Shown one piece after another: positions 63,172 to 64,000 of a DNA stretch of 64,000 bases (the first letter of the stretch is position 1; the number at the start of each line of letters is the position of its first letter). Below the pieces are notes generated by a model. That model saw only the letters and a list, made by a program, of their open reading frames with translations. It did no database searches and had not been told where the DNA came from. The DNA is from Variovorax sp. GTDB lineage: Bacteria > Pseudomonadota > Gammaproteobacteria > Burkholderiales > Burkholderiaceae_C. Position numbers and translations under genes: made by a program. The DNA is taken from the NCBI GenBank assembly GCA_031418715.1, contig JANOJL010000003.1:58201-122200 (forward strand), in the 5' to 3' direction.

Positions 63172-63903
63172 ATGAACCAATCCGTGAAATCTGCTGACCG
63201 CATTATGGTTGTTGACGACGATGCTCGCATTCGCGATCTGCTGCGCCGTTATCTAACGCAAGAGGGCTTTGAAGTCATTGTGGCTGAAGACGGCAAAGCG
63301 CTGTCCCGCGCCATGATTCGCGAGCCGATCAACCTGATCGTGCTGGATCTGATGCTGCCCGGTGAAGATGGGCTCTCGATTTGCCGCCGCCTGCGCGCCA
63401 GCGGTGATCGCACCCCTATCATCATGCTGACCGCCAAAGGCGAAGATGTCGATCGCATCGTGGGCCTGGAAGTGGGTGCAGATGATTATTTGGGCAAGCC
63501 TTTCAATCCCCGTGAGCTGCTGGCGCGCGTGCATGCCGTGCTGCGTCGCCGCCCTGCCATGGAAGCGCCGGGTGCGCCTTCTTCTGAGAGCGAGAATGTG
63601 AATTTTGGCCCGTTTGATTTTGATCTCGGTCAACGGACTCTGAAGAAAAGCGGCGAAGAAATCGCACTCACCACAGGCGAATTTGCCATGCTCAAAGCGC
63701 TGGTGCGCCATCCTCGCCAGCCACTCTCGCGCGAGAAACTCGCCCAGCTGGCACGTGGTCGTGAATTCGAGCCTTTTGACCGCAGTTTGGATGTGCAGAT
63801 CTCGCGTCTGCGCAAGATGATTGAGAATGATGTGGCTCAGCCGCGCTATATTCAAACCGTGTGGGGCGTGGGTTACGTGTTTGTGCCGGATGGCAAGAGC
63901 TGA
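63172..63903 (+). CDS. ompR: Two-component response regulator OmpR
   Basis: Receiver domain (IMVVDDD...LIVLDLMLPGEDG...MLTAKG) and winged-helix domain (LTTGEFAMLKALVRHPRQPLSREKL...IQTVWGVGYVFVPDG), closely OmpR-like. Confidence 0.92.
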   Translation: MNQSVKSADRIMVVDDDARIRDLLRRYLTQEGFEVIVAEDGKALSRAMIREPINLIVLDLMLPGEDGLSICRRLRASGDRTPIIMLTAKGEDVDRIVGLEVGADDYLGKPFNPRELLARVHAVLRRRPAMEAPGAPSSESENVNFGPFDFDLGQRTLKKSGEEIALTTGEFAMLKALVRHPRQPLSREKLAQLARGREFEPFDRSLDVQISRLRKMIENDVAQPRYIQTVWGVGYVFVPDGKS

Positions 63904-64000
63904 TCAGCGCAAACACATCTGCAAACGGCGGCGTTGTTCGGTGTCCTTGTGATCCCAAGCAACTCCGCTTTTTTATGACTCTCTATTTGTGAAACTCTAG

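Noticed and set aside
63904-64000. An envZ sensor kinase expected immediately after ompR.
   Set aside because: All three forward frames hit stop codons within the remaining 97 nt. If envZ exists it starts beyond the window, so nothing is callable here.

Overview
This is a 64-kb chromosomal segment whose gene content and synteny look betaproteobacterial, probably Burkholderiales and Comamonadaceae-like. That placement is an inference from gene order: ilvI-ilvH-ilvC next to an ECF sigma/DUF3619/DUF3106/RDD cluster, lepA-lepB-DUF4845-rnc-era-recO-pdxJ-acpS-nagZ, divergent polA/thrB, phaR, and an RpoD with a long K/A/P-rich N-terminus. I can support about 57 protein genes and one tRNA-Val(GAC). 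I saw no rRNA, CRISPR array, transposase or integrase.

Most of the window is housekeeping. The parts worth a second look are listed here.

- **Slam-like operon (46.2-52.0 kb).** It encodes a Slam-like (TPR + DUF560-type barrel) outer-membrane protein, a non-lipidated 755-aa FecR-domain protein with two TbpB-like beta-barrel modules, and a cytoplasmic TPR-GT41 glycosyltransferase. This is my best candidate for an undescribed surface-display or secretion system.
- **Lipoprotein islet (24.3-27.8 kb).** It holds an HTH protein translationally coupled to a five-repeat DUF5666-like lipoprotein, plus an orphan lipoprotein. Both promoter regions share a 16-nt motif.
- **Pyrophosphatase fusion.** A membrane H+/Na+-pyrophosphatase is fused at its C-terminus to an OmpA-like peptidoglycan-binding domain. 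It sits divergent from the soluble ppa gene.
- **Dispersed repeat, family A.** This is a very dense ~50-70-bp intergenic repeat with at least 16 copies. Copies often abut start or stop codons and alternate in orientation along one operon.
- **Inverted-repeat element, family B.** These A-tract-rich elements fill two divergent promoter regions.
- **DnaA boxes.** Five boxes cluster, together with an orphan terminator-like hairpin, upstream of lepA.
- **Tandem direct repeats.** There are two sets with 21-bp phasing.

CDS coordinates come from the supplied ORF track, with starts re-chosen by residue offset. Coordinates of non-ORF features were hand-counted and may be off by 1-3 nt. Nothing was computed or searched, and all family names are from memory.
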